Assembly: GCA_900540095.1 (NCBI GenBank) | Contig: UQEO01000001.1 | Span: 3,308 to 67,307, forward strand | Reading direction: 5' to 3' | Source of the DNA: an uncultured Collinsella sp. | GTDB lineage: Bacteria; Actinomycetota; Coriobacteriia; Coriobacteriales; Coriobacteriaceae | DNA length: 64,000 nt | Shown: positions 20,688 to 30,191 of the stretch, one piece after another | Layout: the number at the start of each line of letters is the position of its first letter | Numbering within the stretch: position 1 is the first letter of the stretch | Translations under genes and position numbers: made by a program | The notes under the pieces: generated by a model | Told to the model about the DNA's origin: nothing | Database searches by the model: none | The model's input: the letters and a program-made list of their open reading frames with translations, nothing else

Positions 20688-20816
20688 GGACCTGGCCGGG
20701 TGGCATGGGTTAACTTTTCGCTCGGTCAGGTCCTGCGCAAGACGAAAGCCACATTAAGTGGCTTTCTTTGCGTGCGGAATCTACGAAAAGTTAACCCATG
20801 CCACCCGGCCAGGTCC
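20688..20816. mobile_element. MITE-like element with 33-bp terminal inverted repeats
   Basis: GGACCTGGCCGGGTGGCATGGGTTAACTTTTCG (20688-20720) perfectly inverted at 20784-20816; internal hairpin; no ORF. Confidence 0.7.
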
Positions 20817-20884
20817 TGCGGTGACTTGCTTGCCGCCTGGATGGCATCTTGCGTGTCTAGATACTTGGCTGAATTTAATTGAAC

Positions 20885-20925
20885 GAAGGGGGCTCCTTGT
20901 TGGCAAGGAGCCCCCTTCTGTTTTT
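20885..20925 (+). terminator. Intrinsic terminator between cof and polA
   Basis: GAAGGGGGCTCCTTG/CAAGGAGCCCCCTTC stem plus T-run. Confidence 0.85.
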
Positions 20926-20952
20926 GGTTACTTTGGAACTGTGGTTGCTTTC

Positions 20953-23703
20953 CTATTTCGCGTCTGCCCAGGTTATGCCGGTGCTGGCTTCGGCGATCAA
21001 CGGTACGCGGAGGTCTACTACGTGTTCCATGACGTCGCGGACCATGGCGGTTAGGCGCTCGACTTCGTCGACGGGGCACTCAAAGTCCAGTTCGTCGTGC
21101 ACCTGCAGGATCATGTGGGCGGCAAAGCCCTCTTCTTCCAGGCGGCGGCTTACGCGGGCCATGGCGATCTTGATGATGTCGGCGGCGGTGCCCTGCATGG
21201 GGTGGTTCATGGCCGTGCGTTCGCCAAAGCCGCGAAGCTGCGGATTTTTGGCCTTGAGCTCGGGAATATGGCGTCTGCGGCCGTACATGGTCTCGGCGTA
21301 GCCCGTCTGCTTAGCACGCGCCACCACGTTGTCGAGGAACATGCGCACGCCCGGATAGGCCTCGTAGTAGCGGTCGATCATTTCGCGCGCCTCGGCCATC
21401 GAGATATGCAGCGACTGCGACAGACCGTAGGCCTGCTGGCCGTACACGATGCCAAAGTTCACGGCCTTGGCGCGGCTGCGCAAATCGGGCGTTACCTCGG
21501 ACACGGGAACGCCAAACACACGCGCGGCCGTCTCGGCGTGGAAGTCCTCGCCCTCGTTAAAGGCGCGCACCAGGTGCTCGTCACCCGAAAGATGCGCCAG
21601 CAGACGCAGCTCGATCTGCGAGTAGTCCACCGCCAAAAAGACGCTGCCCTCGCCCGCCGAGAACGCCGTCTTGACGGTACGCCCCAGCTCCGAGCGCGTC
21701 GGAATGTTCTGCAGGTTCGGGTCGCTCGAGGACAGACGCCCCGTCGCGGTGATGGTCTGGTTGTACGTGGTGTGCACTCGACCGTCGCCACGGCGCAACG
21801 GACCTAGCGTGTCCAGATAGGTCGACTTAATCTTGGACTTCTCACGCCAGTCCAAAATCAGGCGCACGATCTCGTGGTCGCGGGCAAGGTCGCTCAACAC
21901 CTTGGCGTTGGTCGAATAGTAACCGCGCTTGGTCTTCTTGAGGCCCTTGGTCGGAAGCCCCATCACATCAAACAGCACGTGCGAGAGTTGCATGGGGCTG
22001 CCGATGTTAAAGGTCTCGTCACCGGCAAGGTCGCGAATGCTTCGCTCGACCTCGGTGATCTGGGTCGCCAGACCCTCGGACAGACTGTGCAGGCGATCGG
22101 GGTCCACGAGCATGCCCGCGCGCTCCATCTTGGCAAGCACCGGCACAAGCGGCATCTCGATGCCATCGAACACGTTGACGGCGTTCTCGCGGGTCATGCG
22201 GTCGCGCAGCGGTGCGACCAGCGCCAGCGTCAAGGCCGCCGTACGGGCGGCGGGTGCAGGAGCGTCCTCGCCGGTACCCTCTGCACCGCGCGCCGCAGGC
22301 AGCGCCATCTGCAGATAGGTATCGGCCAGATACGCCTCATCGAACTCGGAGCGGTCGGAATCCAGCAGGTAGGCGGCAACCACGGTATCGAAGATGCGCG
22401 TGGAATCGGCAGACAGCGGGTCCATGAGCTCGGGCTCAGAGGAATCGATAGGCGAAAGCTCGTGCAGCAGCGCCTTCATATCCGGGCTCGCCACGCGGCC
22501 CTCCATAAACAGGCGCGCGAGCACGCCGGCAATCACGCCGTGGGCGAAGTTAAAGCCCTCAACCTCAGCCGCCGCACCGCCGTCGCCCTCCTCGAGCGCG
22601 AACAGGCCCTTGGACGTCGCCAACCACAGCGTGCGCGTCAGTCCAAAGAGCGCGCCCTCTTCCTTGTCGTCGTCCACCACGGCGGCGACCCACTCGCCGG
22701 CATCAATCGCGCGGGAGACCTCAGCCGCAACGGCACCAAGCGCGTCGGCATCGCCGGCGGCTGCGCGAACCATCGCAGGTATCTCAAACACACTGGAGGC
22801 AGTAGCAGCCCCGCCCTCGCCGCCAATCAGCGCCAAGAAGCGATTCTGCATGGCCGTAATGCCAAGCGTGCCCAGCGCCGCGGAAACCTCATCGGCAGAA
22901 TACGCCGGGAAGGACGTCGCCTCAAAATCGAGCTCAACGGGCGCATCGGTGCGGATGGTCGCGACCTTGCGGCTCAGCAGGGCATCGTCGATGTGCGCGC
23001 GCAGGTTTTCGCCCATCTTGCCCTTGACCTCGTCGGCATGTGCGATGACCTCGTCCAGGCTACCGTACTGCGCAATGAGCGCGCTCGCCTTTTTGGGGCC
23101 GATGCCCGGCACGCCGGGGATGTTATCGGACGTGTCGCCCTTCAGACCATAAAAGTCGGGCACGAGCGCCGGCGTAATGCCGTGATACAAGTCATCCACG
23201 CTCTCGGGCGTCATGATCGCCACGTCGGACAGGCCCTTGCGGGTCGAGACCACGTTGACGTGCTCGGTCACGAGCTGATACATATCGCGATCACCGGTCA
23301 CCAGCAGCATGTCACAGCCGGCCTGCTCGCCCAGGCGCGCCATAGTGCCCAGGATGTCATCGCCTTCCCAGCCCTCGGACTGCAAAATCGGCACGTTGAG
23401 CGCGGCGAGCAGCTCCTTAATCATGGGAAACTGCGCGTGCAGATCGGGGTCCATGGGCGGGCGCTGAGCCTTGTACTGCGGCAGCATCTCCATGCGCACG
23501 CGCGGCTTGCCCTTGTCAAACGCCACAACAACGCCGTCGGGATTAAAGGCGTCAATCATCTTGAGGAACATATTCAAAAAGCCAAAGATCGCGTTGGTGG
23601 GACGACCGTCCGGCGCGTTCATGGTGGGCGGCACGGCGTGGAAGGCGCGGTGCATGAGCGAGTTGCCGTCGATAACGGCAAAGGTGCGGCGCTTGTCAGA
23701 CAT
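20953..23703 (-). CDS. polA: DNA polymerase I
   Basis: 5'-3' exonuclease (IDG.S...RAF, GD.SDNIPGV.GIG.K) and polymerase motifs TGRLSS..PNLQNIP, DYSQIELR, QVHDEL. Confidence 0.98.
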   Translation of the reverse strand: MSDKRRTFAVIDGNSLMHRAFHAVPPTMNAPDGRPTNAIFGFLNMFLKMIDAFNPDGVVVAFDKGKPRVRMEMLPQYKAQRPPMDPDLHAQFPMIKELLAALNVPILQSEGWEGDDILGTMARLGEQAGCDMLLVTGDRDMYQLVTEHVNVVSTRKGLSDVAIMTPESVDDLYHGITPALVPDFYGLKGDTSDNIPGVPGIGPKKASALIAQYGSLDEVIAHADEVKGKMGENLRAHIDDALLSRKVATIRTDAPVELDFEATSFPAYSADEVSAALGTLGITAMQNRFLALIGGEGGAATASSVFEIPAMVRAAAGDADALGAVAAEVSRAIDAGEWVAAVVDDDKEEGALFGLTRTLWLATSKGLFALEEGDGGAAAEVEGFNFAHGVIAGVLARLFMEGRVASPDMKALLHELSPIDSSEPELMDPLSADSTRIFDTVVAAYLLDSDRSEFDEAYLADTYLQMALPAARGAEGTGEDAPAPAARTAALTLALVAPLRDRMTRENAVNVFDGIEMPLVPVLAKMERAGMLVDPDRLHSLSEGLATQITEVERSIRDLAGDETFNIGSPMQLSHVLFDVMGLPTKGLKKTKRGYYSTNAKVLSDLARDHEIVRLILDWREKSKIKSTYLDTLGPLRRGDGRVHTTYNQTITATGRLSSSDPNLQNIPTRSELGRTVKTAFSAGEGSVFLAVDYSQIELRLLAHLSGDEHLVRAFNEGEDFHAETAARVFGVPVSEVTPDLRSRAKAVNFGIVYGQQAYGLSQSLHISMAEAREMIDRYYEAYPGVRMFLDNVVARAKQTGYAETMYGRRRHIPELKAKNPQLRGFGERTAMNHPMQGTAADIIKIAMARVSRRLEEEGFAAHMILQVHDELDFECPVDEVERLTAMVRDVMEHVVDLRVPLIAEASTGITWADAK

Positions 23704-23869
23704 ATTGAATACCTCGCTTTGGGCTGGGCACGGTTTGCTCACTCCAGTTTACACGCTCCCCGCCCCACGGCCACTGCACATTAGTCTTCCCCGCCGCCGC
23801 GAGCCCGCGCGTGATACGATGGCTCACGGTACATCAACCAGCACGATCGATCCGAAAGGAGCCTGCGTC

Positions 23870-25267
23870 ATGGAGCGTCCCTGCGCATGGAAAAAGTACA
23901 CGCCACAGCAGATCGAGGAGCTCGAGGAGCTTTGCCGCGGCTATAAGCAGTTTTTGAGCGAGAACAAGACCGAGCGCCTGTGCGTCAAGACCGGTATCAA
24001 GATGGCCGAGGAGGCGGGCTACGTCAATCTGGAGACCGTGATCGCCGAGGGCCGCGCGCTCAAGGCCGGCGACAAGGTGTACGCCGCCAATCACGGCAAG
24101 GACCTCATGCTCGTCAACCTGGGCACCGCCCCGCTCGAGCAGGGCTTTAACATCCTGGGCGCCCACGTGGACTCGCCGCGCCTGGACCTTAAGCAGAACC
24201 CCGCCTTCGAGGCCGGCGACATGGCTTATCTCGACACGCACTACTACGGCGGCGTCAAGAGCTACCACTGGGTCGCTTCCCCGCTCGCACTCGTAGGCGT
24301 CATCTGCAAAAAGGACGGCACCACCGTCGACATCAACATCGGCGACAAGTCGGACGACCCGGTCTTTACCATCTCCGACCTGCTGATCCACCTCTCGAGC
24401 GAGCAGATGGCCAAGCCCGCCAAGGACGCCGTCGACGCCGAGATCCTCGACGTGATCGTGGGCGGCCGCCCCGTCAAGTTTGACGAGGACGACAAGGACG
24501 CCCCCAAGGAGCCCGTCAAGCAGATGTTCCTGGACATCCTCAAGGAGCAGTACGACGTCGAGGAGGAGGACTTCCTCTCCGCCGAGATCGAGGTCGTGCC
24601 CGCCGGCCCGGCCCGCGACATGGGCCTCGACCGCTCCATGATTCTGGGCTATGGCCACGACGACCGTGTCTGCGCCTATCCGTCCATGCTCGCCCAGATC
24701 GACGTCGCCAACGTGGAGCGCACGAGCATCACACTCATCGTCGACAAAGAGGAGATCGGTTCCGTGGGTGCCACCGGCATGACGAGCCGCTTCTTCGAGA
24801 ACACCGTCGCCGAGATCATGACGCTCGCCGGCGAGGATAGCCCGCTGGCCCTGCGCCGCGCACTCGCCCACAGCCGTATGCTCTCCTCCGACGTGTCCGC
24901 CGGCTTCGACCCGGGCTACGCCGGCAAGTTCGAAACCAAGAACGCAGCCTTTATGGGTCGCGGCCTGTGCTTTAACAAGTACACGGGCAGCCGCGGCAAG
25001 GGCGGTTCAAACGACGCCGACGCCGAGTACGTGGCCCTCGTCCGCGACATCATGGACGAGGCCGGCGTGGACTTCCAGACCTGCGAGCTCGGCCGCGTCA
25101 ACGCGGGCGGCGGCGGCACCATCGCCTACATCATGGCCAAGTACGGCATGAACGTCATCGACTCCGGCGTTGCCGTCCTGTCCATGCATGCCCTGTGGGA
25201 GGTCGCCAACAAGGCCGATATCTACGAGGCCTACCGCGGCTACAAGGCCTTCATCGAGCGCGCCTAA
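23870..25267 (+). CDS. M18 family aminopeptidase
   Basis: AHVDSPRLDLK, YYGG.K.Y.W, DDR.C, DKEE.GS, SDV and MH motifs; RBS AAAGGAG. Confidence 0.9.
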   Translation: MERPCAWKKYTPQQIEELEELCRGYKQFLSENKTERLCVKTGIKMAEEAGYVNLETVIAEGRALKAGDKVYAANHGKDLMLVNLGTAPLEQGFNILGAHVDSPRLDLKQNPAFEAGDMAYLDTHYYGGVKSYHWVASPLALVGVICKKDGTTVDINIGDKSDDPVFTISDLLIHLSSEQMAKPAKDAVDAEILDVIVGGRPVKFDEDDKDAPKEPVKQMFLDILKEQYDVEEEDFLSAEIEVVPAGPARDMGLDRSMILGYGHDDRVCAYPSMLAQIDVANVERTSITLIVDKEEIGSVGATGMTSRFFENTVAEIMTLAGEDSPLALRRALAHSRMLSSDVSAGFDPGYAGKFETKNAAFMGRGLCFNKYTGSRGKGGSNDADAEYVALVRDIMDEAGVDFQTCELGRVNAGGGGTIAYIMAKYGMNVIDSGVAVLSMHALWEVANKADIYEAYRGYKAFIERA

Positions 25268-25280
25268 CCAACCCTTCATC

Positions 25281-25347
25281 AGTTGCGGTGAAATACGGAC
25301 TAAACTGGCCCATACACGGCCAAAACAGACCGTATTCCACCGCAACT
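25281..25347. repeat. AGTTGCGGTG-family palindromic element, copy 2
   Basis: AGTTGCGGTGAAATACGG...CCGTATTCCACCGCAACT; same 67-bp length as the core of copy 1. Confidence 0.8.
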
Positions 25348-25370
25348 TCCTTTTTGGCAGAGGAGAGTTC

Positions 25371-26180
25371 ATGCTGCAGGTCATCATTTCGCCCGCCAAG
25401 CAGATGCGCGCGGCCCAAGATGCTTTTGAAGTCCTGGGCATACCGCCCTTTGTGCGCGAGACAGTTCGCCTCCACCGCGCACTGCTAGATATCGAGCGGA
25501 ATGAAGGCAGCGGCGGCCTGCAGGCCCTTTGGAACGTGAGCGACAAGCTGCTGGGACCTTGCCTCAACACCCTGCATGAGTTCGGGCCCATCCTGAAAAG
25601 CGGCGATCTCGACAATCCCGCACTCGCCCGTCACCTCTCCCCTGCCGCCATGTCCTATCACGGCATTCAATACCAGAGCATGGCACCCGAGGTGATGGAT
25701 TCCGCGCAGCTCGCATGGCTGCAAGACCATCTGTGGATCCTCTCCGGCCTCTACGGGTGCGTTCGTCCCTTTCATGCCGTCGAACCGTATCGGCTGGAGA
25801 TGGGCGCGAAGCTTGTCGTCGACGGTGCCCGAGACCTCTACGCATTTTGGAGCGATAAGCTCGCGCGGGCTATCGCCCCGGCAGGTTCAAACACCACGAT
25901 CGTCAACCTCGCCAGCGTAGAGTATGCCAAAGCCGTTCTGCCCCACCTCGCGGGCGACGCCACAGCCGTCACGTGCCTCTTTGGCGAGGGTATCCGCAAC
26001 GGGAAGCCCATCCAACGGTCGACCGCCAGCAAAAAGGCGCGCGGCTCCATGGTGCGGTGGATGGCAGAAAACAAGCTCGAGGATGCAAGCGAACTTACCG
26101 CATTCAACATCGGCTATCGCCACGTCCCCGAGCTCTCATACCTAGGCACCCTCATGTTCATCAACGAACAGATGCTCTAG
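25371..26180 (+). CDS. yaaA: Peroxide stress protein YaaA (DUF328)
   Basis: IISPAK, Y.G..Y, ILSGLYG..RP, YRLEMG, NLAS.EY and K.ARG motifs. Confidence 0.92.
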   Translation: MLQVIISPAKQMRAAQDAFEVLGIPPFVRETVRLHRALLDIERNEGSGGLQALWNVSDKLLGPCLNTLHEFGPILKSGDLDNPALARHLSPAAMSYHGIQYQSMAPEVMDSAQLAWLQDHLWILSGLYGCVRPFHAVEPYRLEMGAKLVVDGARDLYAFWSDKLARAIAPAGSNTTIVNLASVEYAKAVLPHLAGDATAVTCLFGEGIRNGKPIQRSTASKKARGSMVRWMAENKLEDASELTAFNIGYRHVPELSYLGTLMFINEQML

Positions 26181-26221
26181 AGCCGGCACCCAACACTGAC
26201 CCGCTCAGCCTTCTCTATATA

Positions 26222-26286
26222 ACTTGCGGTGGAATAATTCCTATTTGAGCCTTTTTCGCACAATCAGGAACTATTCCACCGCAACT
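26222..26286. repeat. AGTTGCGGTG-family palindromic element, copy 3
   Basis: TTGCGGTGGAATA...TATTCCACCGCAA arms. Confidence 0.75.
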
Positions 26287-26314
26287 TTTATGAATTGGCT
26301 GCTAGGCTCGACAC

Positions 26315-26836
26315 CTATTCTGCTAGACCGTCGGCCTTTGCAATCCCGTTTGTCGAACCGTCCTGATAGACAATCTTGACGTGCTCGACCTCGGACACCG
26401 CAACACCCGACGGGGGCTCCAGGCGCCATTCCGTCAGCGCGATATCCATCGTCGTGGGCACATCCCCTTGATCTTTGAGCTTCACCGTCAACGTTTTGAA
26501 CGTCGCATCATACGTCACGCGTTCGATTTCCTCACCAGGAATAGACCCACCACTCAGCTGCAACTGCACAAACTCATCGCACGGGTACCAATAATCGCCC
26601 GGAACGGCGAGCGTATTGGCATTACCGCCAGTACTCCTCACCGTCATAATCGGTAGGCTATCATCAGCCTCGAACTCCCATGCAGCGCCGCCGCGACCAC
26701 CAAACGTCCAGATACAAAAGGCAATCACCAGCACGGCAAGCACCGCAAAACCGATCGCGACAAGGCCATGGTGCGCACGGCTTTCCTCGGCCGATACATC
26801 CCATTGCGTCTCTCGATATAGATGCTTGTCTTCCAT
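26315..26836 (-). CDS. Hypothetical single-pass membrane protein
   Basis: GAGGAGG RBS before MEDKH; one hydrophobic helix then a probable extracytoplasmic domain (GGS...PTTMD). Confidence 0.7.
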   Translation of the reverse strand: MEDKHLYRETQWDVSAEESRAHHGLVAIGFAVLAVLVIAFCIWTFGGRGGAAWEFEADDSLPIMTVRSTGGNANTLAVPGDYWYPCDEFVQLQLSGGSIPGEEIERVTYDATFKTLTVKLKDQGDVPTTMDIALTEWRLEPPSGVAVSEVEHVKIVYQDGSTNGIAKADGLAE

Positions 26837-26908
26837 GTTCGCCTCCTCACAGGCACGCTCGTTAGGCCAATCGTACCCATTCGAGCTATACTTGAGCCCA
26901 TTACATAA

Positions 26909-27003
26909 ACGGGGGGCTTGCAGGACAAGACGGCAGGCTGAGATTGGGCGCGCCCGCCCTGACCCGCAAACCTGATATGGGTAATGCCAACGAAGGGAGC
27001 CGT
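26909..27003 (+). promoter_or_regulatory. TPP (thi-box) riboswitch
   Basis: GGGG..GCTGAGA..GACCC..AACCTGAT..GTAATGC..CGAAGGGA consensus with ACGG/CCGT P1; directly upstream of thiC. Confidence 0.95.
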
Positions 27004-27007
27004 GCCA

Positions 27008-28342
27008 ATGAGCACACAGACCGAGCCCAAGCTCGTCACGCAAATCGACTTCGCCCGCGCCGGGCAGATCACACCGCAGATGAAGGAGGTCGCCGAGCGC
27101 GAGCATCGCGACCCCGAGTACATCCGCGAGCGCGTGGCCGACGGCCGCATCGCCATTCCTGCCAACATCGTGCACATCAAAAAAGGCATGCGCGCCTTTG
27201 GCGTCGGTGAGGGCCTGTCCACCAAGGTCAACGTGAACTTGGGCATCTCGGGCGACAAGGCCGATGCCGCCGAGGAATGGAAGAAGGTCAAGATCGCCGA
27301 GGACTTTGGCGCCGACGCCATCATGGACCTCTCCAACTCGGGCAAGACGCGCCAGTTCCGCCAGCAGCTCATCGACGAGACGCCGCTCATGGTAGGTACC
27401 GTCCCCATGTACGACGCCATCGGCTACATGGAAAAGCCGCTGGTCAAGCTTACCAAGGACGACCTGTTCGAGGTCGTGCGCGCGCACGCCGAGGACGGCG
27501 TGGACTTTATGACCATCCACTGCGGCATCAACAAGTCGGTCACAAAGACCTTTAAGGAGACCGGCCGCCTGATGAACATCGTGAGCCGCGGCGGCTCACT
27601 GCTGTTTGGCTGGATGGAGGTCACCGGTAACGAGAACCCGTTCTATGAGTTCTACGACGAGTTGCTCGAGATTTGCCACGAGTACGACGTGACGATTTCG
27701 CTCGGCGACTCCTGCCGCCCGGGCTGCCTCTACGACTCCAACGACGCCACCGAGACCGCTGAGATGATCGAGCTGGGCAAGCTGTGCAAGCGCGCTTGGG
27801 CCGCCGGCGTCCAGGTCATGGTCGAGGGCCCGGGTCACATGGCGCTCGACGAGATCGCCGCCAACATGAAACTGCAGAAGCGCCTGTGCCACAATGCTCC
27901 GTTCTATGTGCTCGGGCCGCTGGTGACCGATATCGGCGTGGGTTACGACCACATCACCGCTGCCATCGGCGGCGCCATCTCCGCCAGCTCCGGTGCCGAT
28001 TTCCTGTGCTACGTGACACCGGCAGAGCACCTATGCCTGCCCAACGCCCAGGATGTGCTCGACGGCCTCATGGCCACCAAGATCGCCGCACACGCCGCCG
28101 ACATCGCCAAAAAGGTGCCCCACGCCCGCGACATGGACGACAAGATGGGCCAGGCACGCCGCAAGCTCGACTGGGACGCCATGTGGAAGTGCGCGCTCGA
28201 CCCGGTTACGGGCAAGAAGCGCTACGAGGAGTCCCCCGCCGCCACCGAGGGCACTTGCACCATGTGTGGCAAGATGTGCGCCGTCCGCACCGTCAACAAG
28301 ATCTTCGAGGGCACCACGATCGACCTCGGCATGGAGGACTAG
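27008..28342 (+). CDS. thiC: Phosphomethylpyrimidine synthase ThiC
   Basis: TKVN.N.G.S, MDLS, GTVP.Y, VSRGGS, EGPGH and C-terminal CTMCG..C; preceded by TPP riboswitch. Confidence 0.96.
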   Translation: MSTQTEPKLVTQIDFARAGQITPQMKEVAEREHRDPEYIRERVADGRIAIPANIVHIKKGMRAFGVGEGLSTKVNVNLGISGDKADAAEEWKKVKIAEDFGADAIMDLSNSGKTRQFRQQLIDETPLMVGTVPMYDAIGYMEKPLVKLTKDDLFEVVRAHAEDGVDFMTIHCGINKSVTKTFKETGRLMNIVSRGGSLLFGWMEVTGNENPFYEFYDELLEICHEYDVTISLGDSCRPGCLYDSNDATETAEMIELGKLCKRAWAAGVQVMVEGPGHMALDEIAANMKLQKRLCHNAPFYVLGPLVTDIGVGYDHITAAIGGAISASSGADFLCYVTPAEHLCLPNAQDVLDGLMATKIAAHAADIAKKVPHARDMDDKMGQARRKLDWDAMWKCALDPVTGKKRYEESPAATEGTCTMCGKMCAVRTVNKIFEGTTIDLGMED

Positions 28343-28524
28343 CCCTGTCGCCGTGGCCGCTTCTGGCGGCGAGCTGGTGCTTGTCAATTGTTGACGTGTG
28401 AACATTTACTTACATTTGCGTAAAGATTGCATCGCCCGCCCGGGTTCGACATAGAGTCGGCCCGGGCATCTTTATAATGCTGGCTAAAAGACCCATTTGA
28501 TTCCGACCGAACAAGGGAGCGAAC

Positions 28525-29355
28525 ATGGATCGCAGTAAGGTACCTGCCGTTCTATCCATCGCGGGATCCGATTCCAGCGGTGGCGCCGGCATTCAGGCCG
28601 ACATCAAGACCATCACGGCGCACCGCCTGTATGCCGAGACGGCCATTACGGCCATCACCGCACAGAACACCCTGGGCGTCACCGCCGTGCAGGATATCTC
28701 CCCGAATATTGTCGCGGCGCAGATCGATGCCGTTTTTGACGATATCCGCCCCAACGCCGTCAAGATTGGCATGGTTTCCTCTGCCGAGATTATCGATGTT
28801 ATCGCCGACCGCCTGAGCGCTTGGAACGCGACAAACGTGGTAGTCGACCCCGTCATGGTAGCCACCTCGGGCGCACGGCTGATTGCCGAAGATGCCGCCG
28901 AGGCGCTCACCCGCCGCCTGTTCCCGCTAGCGACGGTTATCACGCCCAATATTCCCGAGGCCATGGCCCTGCTCGACTACGAGGTCGACTCCGAGCGCAC
29001 GCAGCAAAATGCTGCCATGCTCCTCACCCGCCGCTTTGGTTGCGCATCCCTCGTTAAGGGTGGGCATCTTGTCAACGAGGCCAACGATGTACTGGCCGAA
29101 CCCGCGCCACTCGATGACGAGGGCAACCATCTGGGAGATCCACTCACCACGTGGTTCCGCCACAAGCGTATCGATACCAATAACACACACGGCACCGGCT
29201 GCACGCTCTCGTCCGCCATTGCCTGCGCGCTGGCCCAGGGTATGGATCTTGCCGATGCCGTCAACGCCGGCAAGGCCTACCTGACAGGCGCTCTGGCCGC
29301 CGGCTTTGACATGGGCAAAGGCTCCGGCCCCGTCAACCACATGTGGCAGTACTAA
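28525..29355 (+). CDS. thiD: Hydroxymethylpyrimidine/phosphomethylpyrimidine kinase
   Basis: IAGSDSSGGAGIQADIK, DPVM, TPN..E, KGGH and HGTGCTLS motifs. Confidence 0.96.
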   Translation: MDRSKVPAVLSIAGSDSSGGAGIQADIKTITAHRLYAETAITAITAQNTLGVTAVQDISPNIVAAQIDAVFDDIRPNAVKIGMVSSAEIIDVIADRLSAWNATNVVVDPVMVATSGARLIAEDAAEALTRRLFPLATVITPNIPEAMALLDYEVDSERTQQNAAMLLTRRFGCASLVKGGHLVNEANDVLAEPAPLDDEGNHLGDPLTTWFRHKRIDTNNTHGTGCTLSSAIACALAQGMDLADAVNAGKAYLTGALAAGFDMGKGSGPVNHMWQY

Positions 29356-29399
29356 ATAGCCAGTAACCTGCCAAAAAGAGACAGGCTACCTTGCACCAA

Positions 29400-29464
29400 A
29401 AACCGTCGCAACATTCGATGAAAATCGTGCAAACGCGAAAAATCATTAAATGTTGCGACGGTTT
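29400..29464. repeat. 65-bp palindromic element (AAACCGTCGCAACATT arms)
   Basis: Perfect 16-bp inverted arms at 29400-29415 and 29449-29464 between convergent genes. Confidence 0.75.
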
Positions 29465-29500
29465 GATTTTAGATAGCGGTCGAGCAAAGGACCAGAGCGC

Positions 29501-30112
29501 CTATTCGTCGGCGAGTTGAATTCCCAACAAACCCGAGAGTGCCAGCGCCTGCTCGGCATTGACCGTCAAGCCACGCAACTCATGGTAATCGCCCGAAACA
29601 ACGGGCGCTGCAAATGTACAGCGCGACACATCAACGCCGGAAAGCGACGTCTTGAACACATCAACACGCGTCAGGTCACAGCCATCCAGGCGTATCTGAC
29701 CCAGCTTGGCACCCTGAAACGCAGCCTCTCTCAGACGTGTATCGCATGCTGTCATAGGGCCAATGCGTCCCTCCGAAAGGTTCGCATAGCTCAAATCGCA
29801 CGATCCAAACGACACGCTCGACAGGCGCGCCTTGAGCAAGTTGAGTCCCGGTGCCGAGCAGTCAACGAAGTCGCAGCGGCTGAGCCAGCAGCCTTCCATG
29901 TTGCAGCGGATAAAGCGGCAACCGCGAAACACCACGTCGCGAAACGTCGAGCCGCTCCAGTCAACGCTATCGAACTCGCAAGATCGGAACACAACGCCAT
30001 CGAAGGTCGCGCCGTTCGCCACGTCGTAGGCAAGATCCAAATCCTCAAAAGCGGTATTGGAGACGAGCTCATCGCCCTCGGCAAAGAGGTCGATGAGCTC
30101 GTCCATGCCCAT
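29501..30112 (-). CDS. Pentapeptide repeat protein
   Basis: Continuous (A/C/V)-(D/T)-(F/L)-x-x pentads over about 200 aa. Confidence 0.9.
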   Translation of the reverse strand: MGMDELIDLFAEGDELVSNTAFEDLDLAYDVANGATFDGVVFRSCEFDSVDWSGSTFRDVVFRGCRFIRCNMEGCWLSRCDFVDCSAPGLNLLKARLSSVSFGSCDLSYANLSEGRIGPMTACDTRLREAAFQGAKLGQIRLDGCDLTRVDVFKTSLSGVDVSRCTFAAPVVSGDYHELRGLTVNAEQALALSGLLGIQLADE

Positions 30113-30145
30113 ATGGCAGCCAATCCGTTCGTTTACCCGGGCAAA

Positions 30146-30179
30146 ACCACCGCAAAGGTGCCTGTCCCCTTTGCGGTGG
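30146..30179. repeat. REP-like hairpin with GGTGCCTGTCCCC core
   Basis: CCACCGCAAAGG...CCTTTGCGGTGG inverted arms. Confidence 0.65.
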
Positions 30180-30191
30180 CTTGGGGTCGCG

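Noticed and set aside
27008..28342. ThiC paralog BzaA/B/F (B12 lower-ligand synthesis)
   Set aside because: The TPP riboswitch and adjacent thiD support canonical ThiC.
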